Assembly: GCA_051313645.2 (NCBI GenBank)
Contig: JBNRSN020000006.1
Coordinates: 159,278,001-159,342,000 of the forward strand
Direction of reading: 5' to 3'
Origin: Centroscyllium fabricii
Lineage: Eukaryota
DNA: 64,000 nucleotides
The translations under genes and the position numbers were made by a program. The notes under the pieces were generated by a model. The model was given only the letters and a program-made list of their open reading frames with translations. It was not told where the DNA came from and ran no database searches. Positions 1 to 11,594 of the stretch are shown here, piece by piece (within the stretch, counting starts at the first letter, position 1; each line of letters begins with the position of its first letter).

Positions 1-452
1 AGAGCCGACCGTTCGCCTCGAAGGCGGTGTACGGGCGGTTGGCTTTCCGGATCGGGAGTTGGTGATACGCCGACTTAAGGTCGATCGTGGAGAACACCTT
101 ATATTTGGCGATCTGGTTGACCATGTCCGAGATGCGGGGGAGGGGGTAGGCGTCGAGCCCGGTGTAGCGGTTAATAGTCTGGCTGTAATCGATAAGCAGC
201 CGCTGTTTCTCGCCAGTCATCACCACTACTACCTGGGCCCGCCAGGGGCTGGTGCTGGCTTCAATTATCCCCTCCTTCAGCATACGCCCGACCTCCGACC
301 TGCGAAATGTACGATCCTCCACACTATACCGCCGACTCTTAGTAGCAATAGGCTTGCAGTTGGGGTCGAGATTGGCGAACAGTGAGGGGGGGTCGATTTT
401 CAGGGTGGAGAGGCCGCAGGCCGGGCTTCGCTTTGGGAAGGGACTGTCCCGG

Positions 453-2267
453 CTACTGACGGTGAGGGGGGGGCAGGGTCCCGCCGAACTCCATTGTCAC
501 GCTCTTGAGGTGGCACTGGAAATCCAGACCTAGTAAGGCTGGGGCGCACAACTGCTTGAGGGTGTACAACTTAAAGTTACGGTACACACAACCCTTGACT
601 GTGAGCGTGACGGAGCAGTAGCCGGTGACGTCCGCGGTGTGCGACTGTGAAGCAAGGGAGACTTGGTAGCGCGTGGGCAGGATCTGCAGTCCGTAGCGCT
701 GCGCTGTATCGGGGTGGATGAAGCTCTCTGTGCTTCCAGTGTCGAACAGGCAATTAGTAATATGGCCGTTAATTTTGATCGGCATGATCGAATTCGATAG
801 GGTGTGTGGCCTAGCCTGGTCGACTTTAGGTATGGCTGAGGCCGAAGTGTGCATTTGTGTGTGGGGGCCCCCTGCTGGTTGGGGCTGTACACAAGATGGC
901 GGCGCCCGTAGTTCGCACATGGCGGGGCGCTGGAGACAAGATGGCGGCGCCGAGTGGTCGCACATGGCGGGCCGCTGGAGACAAGATGGCGGCGCCGGGG
1001 GGTCGCACATGGCGGGCCGCTGAAGACAAGATGGCGGCGCCCGTGGTTCGCACGCAGCTGACCGCTGTGAGCGCGCTGGCGGCGCCCGTGGTTCGCACGC
1101 AGCTGACCGCTGTGAGCGCGCTGGCGGCGCCCGTGGTTCGCACGCAGCTGACCGCTGTGAGCGCGCTGGCGGCGCCCGTGGTTCGCACGCAGCGGGCCGC
1201 GGTGGCTGGGTTGGCGGTGCCCGTGGTTCGCACGCAGCGAGCCGCGGTGGTTGGGTTGGCGGTGCCCGTGATTCGCACGCAGCGGGCCACGCTGGGTGTG
1301 CTGCTGGCGTTGGGGGGTCGCACTTGGCCGGCCGTGGCTGAGCTTGGCGTGCCGTGGGTGCAGCCGGCCTTTGCCGCATCAGGGTGGGAGATGGGGGCGC
1401 TATTCTTCTACCCCCGGACCGTCGCTGGATCGCGCTGCTATTGCAGCTTACCGGAGGCCTGGCGGAGTTTTCACAGGCTGCGCTGTTGTACCTGGAGTTG
1501 GGCGCTGCTGGTGCTGATCTGCAGGCCTTCGCATAGTGTCCCTTTTTGGAGCACCTCTCGCAGGTCGCGGTCTTCGCTGGGCATCTCGCCCGTGGATGCA
1601 GTCCCTGGCCGCAGAAGTAGCACCGTCTGTCCGCCTGCGCCTTTGCAGCTGTCGCTGCCATCGTGGGGATCTCGACCCGTTGGGGTGCTGCCCAGGCCTG
1701 GGCCCGTTGTGGCACGGCCCACACGTCGTAGACCTGCGGGTTAGAGCCGCTGTACGCCTGCAGCTTGTTGTGTGCCCCTTCTACCGAGTTCGATGTGGAG
1801 ATCGCCTCCTCTAAGGTTAAAGAGTCTTTCTCAAGCAGCCGCTGGCGGGCCTCAACGCACCTTAGGCCTGTTACGTAGGCATCACAGACGAGGAGATTCG
1901 CCTCCTCCTCTGCTGTCCGTGGTTGGCAGCCACAGACCCGTACCAGGGCCTGGAGTGCTTGCTCGAATTGTTCATTCGACTCACCCGGTAGTTGTGGTCT
2001 GGTCGCGAGCACATGTCTGGCGTAGACCGAGTGGCATTTCCGCAGTTTTTCCACTGCCACTGAGTAGGTTTTGGCGTCTCGGATGAGGGAGAATACTCGG
2101 CTGGAGATCCTAGACCGGAGAACCTGTAGTTTGTTCCCGTCGGTTGTAGCCTTGGCGGCGTCCATGTAGGCCTCCAGGAGACCGAACCAGTGTTCGAACG
2201 TAGTGGCGGCGGCTGGGTCCTGTGGACTGGTGTCCAGCTTCTCTGGCTTTACCGCGCCACTCTCCAT
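453..2267 (-). CDS. Gag-protease of element A, with a 45-bp repeat array; frameshifted before RT
   Basis: CYFCGQGLHPRARC and CERCSKKGHYAKAC knuckles, AACEPRAPP repeats, aspartic protease motif DTGS. Frame breaks at the G run near 466-473. Confidence 0.85.
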   Translation of the reverse strand: MESGAVKPEKLDTSPQDPAAATTFEHWFGLLEAYMDAAKATTDGNKLQVLRSRISSRVFSLIRDAKTYSVAVEKLRKCHSVYARHVLATRPQLPGESNEQFEQALQALVRVCGCQPRTAEEEANLLVCDAYVTGLRCVEARQRLLEKDSLTLEEAISTSNSVEGAHNKLQAYSGSNPQVYDVWAVPQRAQAWAAPQRVEIPTMAATAAKAQADRRCYFCGQGLHPRARCPAKTATCERCSKKGHYAKACRSAPAAPNSRYNSAACENSARPPVSCNSSAIQRRSGGRRIAPPSPTLMRQRPAAPTARQAQPRPAKCDPPTPAAHPAWPAACESRAPPTQPPRLAACEPRAPPTQPPRPAACEPRAPPARSQRSAACEPRAPPARSQRSAACEPRAPPARSQRSAACEPRAPPSCLQRPAMCDPPAPPSCLQRPAMCDHSAPPSCLQRPAMCELRAPPSCVQPQPAGGPHTQMHTSASAIPKVDQARPHTLSNSIMPIKINGHITNCLFDTGSTESFIHPDTAQRYGLQILPTRYQVSLASQSHTADVTGYCSVTLTVKGCVYRNFKLYTLKQLCAPALLGLDFQCHLKSVTMEFGGTLPPPHRQ

Positions 2268-2291
2268 TTCATATTTTTAAGTCAATAAAAT

Positions 2292-2568
2292 TGACGTATC
2301 GTCAATTTACTCAATAAAGTCAAAGACGAGTAGTGACCTTAAACTACAGGCTTTTATTGACTTACTTTGGAGCTATACTCCGAACGAACAAACAGGAACA
2401 GAATGAGTGAGCCCGGTCAGTCCTCACCTATAAAGGGCCTCACCTGGGGGAGGAGTTAGAGGTGTGGTTGACCTGGCTCCACGACAGTGTTGCAACATGG
2501 TTATCTTATACAGGCAATATTGGCAACAACATTGTAGTGGTAAACTATGTACAATTACGGTTACCACA
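2292..2568 (-). repeat. 5' LTR of element A (277 bp)
   Basis: Termini TGTGGTAACC...GATACGTCA, TTTATA box and AATAAA. Homologous to the LTRs at 5767-6054, 46682-46961 and 51272-51550. Confidence 0.92.
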
Positions 2569-3677
2569 GGGAGGCTACGGGATCTAACGAAGTGGGCAAG
2601 TCTGGTGACACCCGGGTGGCAGAGGCGGGCGTGGAGTTCCTTCAGCCGGTCTAGCTGGGCACTGGCGCATGTTCCCCTGGACAGTGCGTCCGGGGGTTCG
2701 TTGAGTTTGCCTGGTCGGTAAAGAATGTCGTACTCGTAAGTCGAGAGTTCGATCCGCCACCGCAGGATCTTATCATTCTTGATTTTACCCTTTTGTTTAT
2801 TATTAAACATAAACGCGACCGACCGTTGGTCGGTGAGCAGGGTAAAACGCTTACCGGCCAGGTAATGACGCCAATAGCGCATGGCTTCCACGATGGCCTG
2901 GGCCTCCTTTTCCACTGCGGATTGGCGAGTTCCGGGTCCCTGTAGGGTGCGGGAGAAAAACGCTATGGGCTTGCCTGCCTGATTCAGGGTGGCGGCAAGG
3001 GCAAAGTCCAAAGCGTCACTCTCCACGTGGAACGGGATGGATTCATCAACGGCGTGCATGGTCGCCTTGATGATGTCTTCCTTTATCCGGGCGAATGCCG
3101 TTTGGGCTTCTACCGAGAGGGGGAAGGTGGCAGCCTTGAGGAGCGGTCTAGCCTTATCCGCGAACTGGGGGACCCATTGTGCGTAATAGGAGAAAAATCC
3201 TAGACATCTCCTCAGGGCTTTGGGGTTGTGCGGAAGGGGCAGTTCCTGTAATGGGCGCATACGCTGTGGGTCGGGGCCGAGGACCCCGTTCTCCACCATG
3301 TATCCGAGGATGGCGAGCCGATCTGTATTAAAGACACACTTGTCCTTGTTATACGTTAGATCAAGCCGTTTCGCCGTGTCAAGGAATTTGGCCAGATTGG
3401 CATCGTGGTCCTGCTGGTCATGGCCGCAGATGGTCACGTTGTCCAGGTAGGGGAAGGTGGCCTGCAACCCGTTTTGGTCAACCATGCGGTCCATCTCCCG
3501 CTGGAATACCGACACTCCGTTGGTCACGCCGAAGGGGACCCAGAGGAAGTGGTAGAGCCGACCGTTCGCCTCAAAGGCGGTGTACGGGCGGTCGGCTTTC
3601 CGGATCGGGAGTTGGTGATACGCCGACTTAAGGTCGATTGTGGAGAACACCTTATATTGGGCGATCTGGTTAACCAT
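2569..3677 (-). pseudogene. RT-RNase H and start of integrase of element B
   Basis: FSTIDLKSAYHQ, PFGVTNG, YLDN, ESDAL, EKEAQA, TDQRS, DALSR and H..LCHPG motifs. Confidence 0.9.
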
Positions 3678-6054
3678 GTCCGAGATGCGGGGGAGGGGCT
3701 AGGCATCGAGCCCGGTGTAGCGGTTAATAGTCTGGCTGTAATCGATAACCAGCCGCTGTTTCTCGCCAGTCTTCACCACTACAACCTGGGCCTGCCAGGG
3801 GCTGGTGCTGGCTTCAATTATCCCCTCCTTCAGCATACGCCCGACCTCCGACCTGATAAATGTCCGATCCCCCACACTGTACCGCCGACTCTTGGTAGCA
3901 ATGGGCTTGCAGTTGGGGTCGAGATTGGCGAACAGTGAGGGGGGGGTCGATTTTCAGGGTGGAGAGGCCGCAGGCCGGGCTCCACTTTGGGAAGGGACTG
4001 TCCCGGCTACTGACGGTGAAGGGGGGCAGGGTCCCGCCGAATTCCATTGTCACGCTCTGAAGGTGGCACTGGAAATCCAGTCCCAGTAAGGCTGGGGCGC
4101 ACAGTTGTCTGAGGATGTACAACTTAAAGTTGCGGTACACGCAGCCCTTAACTGAGCGTGACGGAGCAGTAGCCGGTGACGTCTGCGGTGTGGGACTGTG
4201 AAGCAAGGGAGACTTGGTAGCTCGTGGGCAGAATTTGCAGTCCGTAGCGCCGCGCTGTATCAGGGTGAATAAAGCTCTCTGTGCTTCCGGTGTCGAACAG
4301 GCAGTTAGTGATATGGCCGTTAACTTTGATCGCCATCATTGAATTAGATAGGGTGTGCGGCCTAGCCTGATCGACTTTTGGGATGGCTGAAGCCAAAGTG
4401 TGTGTATGTGTGTGTGGGGGCCCCCCGCTGGTTGGGGCCGAACACAAGATGGCGGCGCCCGTGGTTCACACATGGCTGGCTGCTGGGGACAAAATGGCGG
4501 CGCCGGAGAGTCGCACATGGTTGGCCTCTGGAGACAAGATGGTGGCGGCGGGGGGTCGCACATGGCGGGCCGTTGGAGACAAGATGGCGGCGCCCGTGGT
4601 TCGCACGCGGCTGACCGCTGTGGGCGCGGTGGTGGCGCCCGTGGTTCGCACACAGCGGGCCGCGGTGGCTTGGTTGGCGGTGCCCGTGATTCGCACGCAG
4701 TGAGCCGCGGCGGTTGGGTTGGCGGTGCCCGTGTTTCGCACGCAGCGAGCCGTGCTGGGCGGGATGCCGGCGTTGGGGGGTCGCACATGGCCGGCCGTGG
4801 CTGAGTTTGGCGTGCCGTGGGTGCAGCCGGCCTTTGCCGCATCAGGGTGGGAGATGGGGGCGCTTTTCTTCTACCCCCGGACCGTCGCTGGATCGCGCTG
4901 CAATTGCAGCTTACCTGAGACCTGGTGGAGCTTTAGCAGGCTGCGCTGTTGTACCTGGAGCTGGGCGCCGGGGCTGATCTGCAGGCCTTTGCGTAGTGTC
5001 CCTTCTTAGAGCACCTCTCGCAGGTCGCGGTCTTCGCTGGGCATCTCGCCCGTGGGTGTAGTCCCTGGCCGCAGAAGTAGCACTTCTTGTCCGCCGGTGT
5101 CTTCGCAGCTGCCGCTGCCATCGTGGGGGTCTTGACCCGTTGTGGTGCTGCCCAGGCCTGGACCCGTTGTGGTGCTGCCCACGCGTCATAGACCTGTGGG
5201 TTTGTGTCGCCGTACGCCTGCAGCTTGCAGCGTGCGCCTTCCACAGCGTTAGAGATAGAGATCGCCTCCTCTAGAGTTAGGGAGTCCTTCTCTTGCAGCC
5301 GCTGGCGGGCCTCTACGCACCTTAGTCCTGTTACATAGGCGTCTCGGACGAGGAGGTTCGCCTCCTCCTCTGCCGTCCGTGGTTGGCAGCCACAGACCCG
5401 TACCAGGGCTTGGAGCGCCTGCTCGAACTGTTCATTAGACTCACTCGGTAGTTGTGGTCTGGTCGCGAGCACATGTCTGGCGTAGACAGAGTGGACCGGG
5501 CGCTTGTAGCATTTCCTCAGTTTTTCCACCGCCGCTGGGTAAGTTTTGGCGTCCCGGATGAGGGAGAATACTCGGCTTGAGATCCTGGACCGGAGAACCT
5601 GTAGCTTGTTCCCATCGGTCTCAGCCCCTGCGGCTTCCATGTAGGCCTCCAGGAGACCGAACCAGTGTTCGAAGGTAGTGGCGGCGGCTGGGTCCTGTGG
5701 ACTGATGTCCAGCTTCTCTGGTTTTACAGCGCCGCTCTCAATATCAAATTTGTAAGTCAATAAAATTGACGTATCGTCAATAATCTTAATGAAACTAAAG
5801 ACGAGTAGTGACCTTAACTAGAGGCTATTATTGACTTACAATGGAGCTATACTCCGAACGAACAACAGGTACAGAATGAACGGGGTCCGGTCAGTCCCCA
5901 CCTATAAGGGCCTCACCTGAGGGAGGAGTTAGAGGTGTGACTGACCTGGCCCCACGACAGTGTCGCAACACATCATGCAACCGACTGCTATACATACTGG
6001 TAATATTGGCTACAATGTTACGGTGGTAATTATAGTATATATACGGTTACCACA
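2569..6054 (-). mobile_element. Gypsy LTR retrotransposon B (same family as A and F), interrupted by A and inserted in the 3' LTR of element C
   Basis: 5' LTR 5767-6054. Gag 4933-5760 (start codon is ATT, premature stop), repeat region, protease 4148-4447 and RT/RNase H 2569-3677, broken at SRSLP by the LTR of A. Confidence 0.95.
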
Positions 6055-6248
6055 GACAGGAAACCCACGAATCCGCAAAGCACTCTGGGGCGCCTGGGTC
6101 GGTCTGAGTGGCGGTTGCTTAAGCCACTGAGGGACCGAGGCTGGCAAACCGTTTGTCCAATAGGACTGCGGGGGCGGGACCGGCCGTTGCATGGGAATTA
6201 TGCCTGAGAGGGGAAGCCCCAGTGGTTTCCCTGGGTAGTGCCGCTACA

Positions 6249-7444
6249 CACGCCCCCCCAGAATCCCCATGCACATGGAAGGTCAGCCTGCGGGGAGGTT
6301 TGACCAGGCGGCCGGAGCGCGTGTGGTAGCCCGCGGGTGTGTCACGGACAGGGGCGGGATCCGGTCGGGGTGTGGCCGCGGCAGGTGGGGCCGGTGTGGC
6401 CGCCAGGGGCGGTGAGGGAGGGGGGATAAAAATGACCGGAGGGGGCGGGAGTTGGAAGGGTGTCGGCTCGTCGGCAGGGACAATCGGCCCCACGTGGGGG
6501 GCCGGGGGACCTGGGTCGGACAGGGTGGGCTCCACATGAGCCGCCTTCAGCCTGTCAATGGACACCAGGTCCTTTCTTCCGCCGACTGCGAGGAGGAAGG
6601 CTTTGTCCCCGGGCTCCAGGACGCGGAAGGGACCTGTGTAGGGTGCCTGGAGGGGCGTCCGGTGGGCGTCCCGGTGCACGAAGACGAAATGGGCCTGGCG
6701 CAGCTCGGCGGGCACATGGGTTGACCGGGGCCCGTGGGACGATGTGGGCTCGGGAAGCAGGCGGTGGGCTGGGTCGTTGTTGCGGGCCAGCTGCTCGGCT
6801 GCCGACCAGCCCTCAGTGGTGGAGGGGAGGAATTCCCCGGGGATGCGGAAGGGTCGGCCCAGGACTAATTCGGCCGAGGAGGCGCCAAGGTCTTCCTGAG
6901 GGGCTGCTCGCAGCCTGAGCAGGGCCCAGGGAAGACTGTCGAGCCAGTTGGCGTCAGCCAAGCTGGCGCGGAGGGAGGCCTTGAGGGCGCAGTGGAAACG
7001 CTCGCACAAGCCGTTGGCCTGGGGATGGTCGGCCGTTGTGTGGTGCAGGGTGGTCCCGAGGCCAGCAGCGCTAGCGCCCCAGAGCTGTGAAGTGAACTGG
7101 GGGCCTCTGTCGGAGGTGATGTCCGACGGGACACCGAAACGGGCCACCCAGGCGGAGATGAAAGCACGGGCAACATCCGCCGCGGTGGTGGAGGACAGAG
7201 GAATGACCTCGGGCCACCTGGTGGTGTGGTCCACCACCGTGAGGAGGTGTGTGTAGCCCTGTGAGGTGGGGAGGGGGCCGACCAAATCCACGTGGACGTG
7301 GTCGAATCGGCGTTCGGGGACCTGGAAGTGTTGGAGGGGGGCCTTGGTGTGGAGGTGCACCTTGGCGCATTGGCAGTCGGGGCAGGTGTTGGTCCAATCC
7401 CGCACGTCCTTGTGCAGGCCGGGCCAGACGAACTTGGTGGACAT
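6249..7444 (-). pseudogene. Integrase of element C
   Basis: CPDC, HVDLVGPLP, ITSDRGPQF, NGLCERFH and a GPY/F-like APYTGPF motif. Confidence 0.9.
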
Positions 7445-7459
7445 GAGCTTCTGGGAAGC

Positions 7460-8923
7460 TCACATGCCCAGATGGGAGAGGCCGTGGACGAGGTCGAAAA
7501 GCCGCCTGCGCCGCGAGGCGGGGACCAGGGGCCTGGGCTGGAGCACGGAGGTGTCGCATAGCAACGTGGTACCGGCCGCATGGAAGTGGACGTCGGCCAG
7601 GGTCATGCCTGTGGGTGCGGAGCGGAGGGCCTGGAGTTCGGGGTCTGCCCGCTGGGCCTGCGCCATGTCGGCATAGTCGACTCCGACCTGTACCGCGTGG
7701 AAGGAAGGTCGGGAAAGGCAGTCAGCGACGGCGTTGCCTTTCCTGGACACGTGGCGGATGTCGGTCGTGAACTCCGAAATGAAGTTCAGGTGGCGCTGTT
7801 GGCGCCCCGACCAGGGTTCGGAGACTTTGGCCATGGCAAAGGTACGTGGTTTGTGGTCCACATAGGCCGTGAACGGGTGGCCTTCGAGCAGGAACCGGAA
7901 GTGCCGCACTGCGAGGAAAAGGGCCAGCAGCTCCCGGTCAAAGGTGCTGTACGCCAGTTCATTCGTCCGCACTTGGCGGCTGAAGAACGCAAGGGGCTGC
8001 CAGGACCCGTTGACCCATTGCTGTGGGACCGCGCCGATGGCGTGGTCTGAGGCATCGGTGGTAAGCGCCAGTGGGGCGCCCGGGATGGTGTGGGCCAACA
8101 GGGTGGCTTCAGCGAGGGCTGATTTGGCTTGGCTGAAAGCGCCTGCCATGTCGGTCGTCCAGACCAGGGTGTCCTTACCAGATTTACCCTTGGTGGCCGC
8201 GTAGAGGGGGCGCATGGTGGACGCTGCGCAGGGGAGGAACCGATGATAAAAGTTTATCATCCCCAGGAATTCTTGGAGGGCCCGGACCGTGTTGGGGCGG
8301 GGGAAATCCGTGACCGCCTGGACCTTGGCCGGCAGCGGGATGGCGCCTGCCGCCGAAATGCGGTGGCCTAGAAAATCGACCTCGGTGAGGCCGAACTGGC
8401 ACTTCACCGGGTTGATGATCAGGCCGTGCTGGGATAACCGTTGAAACAGAGCGCGTAAATGAACCGCATGCAGTGCTTTGTCCGCACTCGCAACCAGAAT
8501 ATCGTCCAGATACACAAATAGGAAGTCCAAATCCCGGAGGACTGAGTCCATGAGCCATTGGAACGCCTGCGCTGCGTTCTTTAGGCCGAACAGCATGCGC
8601 AGGAATTCGTATAGTTCAAAGGGGGTGATTACCGCCGTCTTCGGGATGTCATCGGGGTGCACTGGGACCTGGTGATAGCCCCGGACGAGGTCGACCGTAG
8701 AAAAGATCGTCTTAACCGCCAGGTTAGCCGAAAAGTCCTTTATGTGTGGCACCGGGTATCGGTCCAGTGTGGTGGCGTCGTTGAGGCGTCTGTAGCCCCC
8801 CCATGGTCTCCAGCCACCACCGGGCTTGGGGACGATGTGGAGCGGCGATGACCATGGGCTGTTGGAGGGGCGAATGATGCCGAGCTTCTCCATGGCCGAG
8901 AACTCTTCCTTGGCCGCCGCCAT
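7460..8923 (-). pseudogene. RT-RNase H of element C
   Basis: SPWSSPLHIVPK, VDLVRGYHQVP, FGLKNAAQ, YLDD, TTDAS, DRELLA and ADCLSR motifs. Confidence 0.9.
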
Positions 8924-10215
8924 TTTCGTGGGGTCCAGTCATCTGGCACGGGCGAAAGCTGGCGGGCCTGTGGTGCAAATGTGGTGTTGCACGCCATGCT
9001 TGGCCGCCACAGCCGAGAAGGTGGGCTGTGTGAGCATGGGGAACTCGGCGAGGAGCTTGGCGAATTCGTCGCGGGGAGGTGCGGCGCAGGAGCTCACCAA
9101 GGTCGTGCTGTTGCTCCGCTGGCAGGGCAGGGAGGCGAAGGTGGAAGCGTCTATGAGTCGCCTGCCCCGGACGCCAATGAGAAGGCCGTGGGCGCATAGA
9201 AAGTCCGCATCGAGGATCGGCTGGTCCACAGCAGCCGTAACGAAGTCCCACGTGAAGCGCTGCCCCCCGATGCAGATCTCCGCCCAGCGCCAAACGTGGT
9301 AATCGCGGCGCCGTTGACTGCCACGAGGGGTGGGCCTGTGGGGCCGGCTTGGCGATCGAGGTGTGTGCCTGGCAGGATGCTGCACTGGGCGCCGGTATCG
9401 CAGAGGAATCGTCATCCCGAAAGGGAGTCCATAACGAACAGCAGCTTCCCTGCTGAACCGATGGCGTTGGCGGCGGCTGGGCCCGGTCGGCGGCGTGGCG
9501 CTGCGGCGGCCTGCGTGGGCACGAACGAGCATGGCGGCCTGCAGCGCTGAGCCTGGGGACCGAACCGTGCATGGTAATAACACAGGCCCGCCTACGGTTG
9601 TGGCGTGGGCCTGCGCGTGGGAGGAGAGAGCCGTGTGGCTGCGCAGTCTGCGGTCGTACAGAGCTGAATGCGGTCTGCCGCGACCGCCAGGTCAGCGTAG
9701 GAGAGGCCCTCCGAGTTTGCCAGGGCCGTTTGAATTGACTGCGGTAGCAGGCTGATGAATAAGGCACGGAACAGGGGGCAGTCTCTGTGGTCACCGAGGA
9801 GGGCCAGCATCCTGTTCATGAGTGTGTGGGGGTAGAGTCCCCGAGCCCCGGGTGGTCGAGGAGCCACCGGGCTCGGACGTCCTCGGGTAGGTCGTGGGCC
9901 TGGAGAAGGCATGCTTTGAGGGCCCCGTACCTGTTGGCCTGTGGCGGCTGCCGCAGGAGGTCCACAATGTCCGCTGCTACATGGCTGGGCAGCGCGGCCA
10001 CAACGAGGAGGTAGCGATCAGCATCGCTGCTGAGGCGTCTGAGTTCGAATTGGGCCTCCGCCTCGAGGAACCATGCTGCTGCCTGTTGTTCCCAGAAGGC
10101 AGGGAGGTTGAGGATGCAGGGTCGGTCGGCGGCCGGGTGGCCGCGGTTTCGGCGGCCGGCATCGGGTTGGACGCGGGCTGCGTGTTCGAGTCAGCTACTC
10201 CGGGAGCCGACATCA

Positions 10216-10225
10216 GGGGTCACCA
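10216..10225 (-). promoter_or_regulatory. tRNA-Trp primer-binding site of element C
   Basis: TGGTGACCCC lies 2 nt after the 5' LTR and is complementary to the 3' end of tRNA-Trp. Confidence 0.8.
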
Positions 10226-10526
10226 ATTGTAGGAGTCAACGGACTACCTACTCGCTTTTGTAAGTAAAAAGACGCGAGGTGCAGAGCACTGGTAAAACAC
10301 GTCTTTATTACATCGCTGGCAGTTCAAACTGAGACAGGAAACCCGCGAATCCGCAAAGCACTCTGGGGCGCCTGGGTCGGTCTGAGTGGCGGTTGCTTAA
10401 GCCACTGAGGGACCGAGGCTGGCGAACCGGTTGTCCAATGGGACTGCAGGGGCGGGACCGGCCGTTGCATGGGAATTATGCCTGAGAGGGGAAGCCCCAG
10501 TGGTTTCCCTGGGTAGTGCCGCTACA

Positions 10527-11594
10527 GTACCACCCGCAAACTAATGGCATTTGTGAACACTTCCACCGCGCCCTTAAGGCTTCACTCCGAGCTAGCCTGG
10601 TTGACGCCAATTGGCTGGACAGGCTACCTTGGGTTTTGCTGGGGTTGCGATCTGTGCCCAAGGATGACCTCGGCGTTTCACCTGCCGAACTCGTTTTTGG
10701 ACAGCCTTTGCGTGTTCCAGGAGAATTCTATCCCTCCACCACTGACCCTTGGTCGGCCAGCGAGCAACTCGCGCAGCTTAACGACGCAGCGCACCGTTTC
10801 CTCCCTGTGCCCACCTTTCGGCATGGTGCTCGGTCATCCCACATGCCTACTGAGCTCCGTCGGGCTAAATTTGTCTTTGTGCATCGCGACGCTCACAGAA
10901 CCCCCTTGCAGGCACCATACACTGGCCCTTTCAGGGTGCTAGAGGCTGGCGACAAATCTTTCCTCCTCGAGGTTGGGGGTCGACAGGACCGCGTGCCTAT
11001 CGACCGTCTTAAACCGGCCCATTTGGCCCCCACCTTACAGGAACAACCTTCCCTGGCCCCGCGCCAGGAGAGCCTCCTTTTCCCGAGCATACCCCCGGCA
11101 GGTCCCACAGTCTTTACGCCCCCGGGTACAGCTCCGGTCGCAGTTTCGCCCCCGGTTTCACCTCCTTTCGCTCCTACGGCGCAGTTAACCCCCAGTCCGG
11201 TCCACGACTCCCCGGTGTCCCCTCCTGCACCGACGGCCTATCGCACTTGTTGCGGCCGCCTTAACAAACCTCCTCGGAGGTTGACGTACCATGTGTATGA
11301 GGATTCTGGGTGGACGTGTGTAGTGTAGCCACCCAAGAGAGACATCCGATCTCTCTAGGACACAGAATCCACCTTTCCCGAACAGGCCCGACCCCGTTTC
11401 CCCATTGGATAAGTTAGGTCAACGGTTACGGTCCCTGACTGGTCCGAAGGGCTGTCACTCAAGAGCCCCACAGTGCTTTGCGTTTTCGTGCCGTTTTCCA
11501 GCAGTTTTGCGTGGATGAAGTTGAATAAAGACTTGTTTGATTTTGCTCCGCTGTTTTCCTCCATTTCTTAATATTTAAAGAGTGGGAAACTACT
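10527..11594 (+). mobile_element. 3' end of a second CsRn1-type element (C2): integrase C-terminal half, PPT and 3' LTR, interrupted by C
   Basis: YHPQTNGICEHFHRALKASL...APYTGPF begins immediately after the LTR of C. PPT-like GAGGATTCTGGGTGGACGTG, then an LTR from 11319 (TGTAGT) to about 11594 with AATAAA near 11525. Its LTR sequence differs from that of C. Confidence 0.85.

Larger units (their letters stand above)
1..2568 (-). mobile_element. Gypsy LTR retrotransposon A, 5' part (continues off the left edge), inserted in pol of element B
   Basis: 5' LTR 2292-2568 (TG...CA on the minus strand). Gag-protease ORF 453-2267 with two CCHC knuckles and LFDTGS. Start of RT at 1-450. Confidence 0.95.
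6055..10526 (-). mobile_element. CsRn1-clade Gypsy element C, degenerate
   Basis: 5' LTR 10228-10526 (TGTAG...CTACA) and 3' LTR remnant 6055-6248. PBS TGGTGACCCC, G-rich PPT at about 6249-6268. Gag has the CsRn1-type CHCC motif CYYHARFGPQAQRCRPPC (about 9529-9582). RT with YLDD in 7460-8923, integrase in 6119-7444. Several frameshifts. Confidence 0.9.

Noticed and set aside
453-480. Possible programmed frameshift between protease and RT
   Set aside because: Frame breaks fall at different places in A, B, E and F, and D is continuous. These are decay or homopolymer sequencing errors.
890-1330. Regularly spaced repeats that might suggest a CRISPR array
   Set aside because: Contiguous in-frame tandem units with no unique spacers and no cas genes, in a eukaryotic context.
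857-1744. 295-aa antisense ORF (KMAAPVVRT repeats), with similar ORFs at 4383-4703 and 47745-48497
   Set aside because: Explained by a GC-rich, stop-poor 45-bp repeat. Lengths and ends differ between copies, and no domain is recognisable.
2424-2568. Novel C-terminal extension on the pol ORF of element B
   Set aside because: It is read-through into the inserted LTR of element A.
6055-6059. Target-site preference (element-oriented CTCCC, CTGTC, ATCAG, CTGTC, ACCAC)
   Set aside because: Only five sites, two of them inferred from one flank, which is too few to claim specificity.
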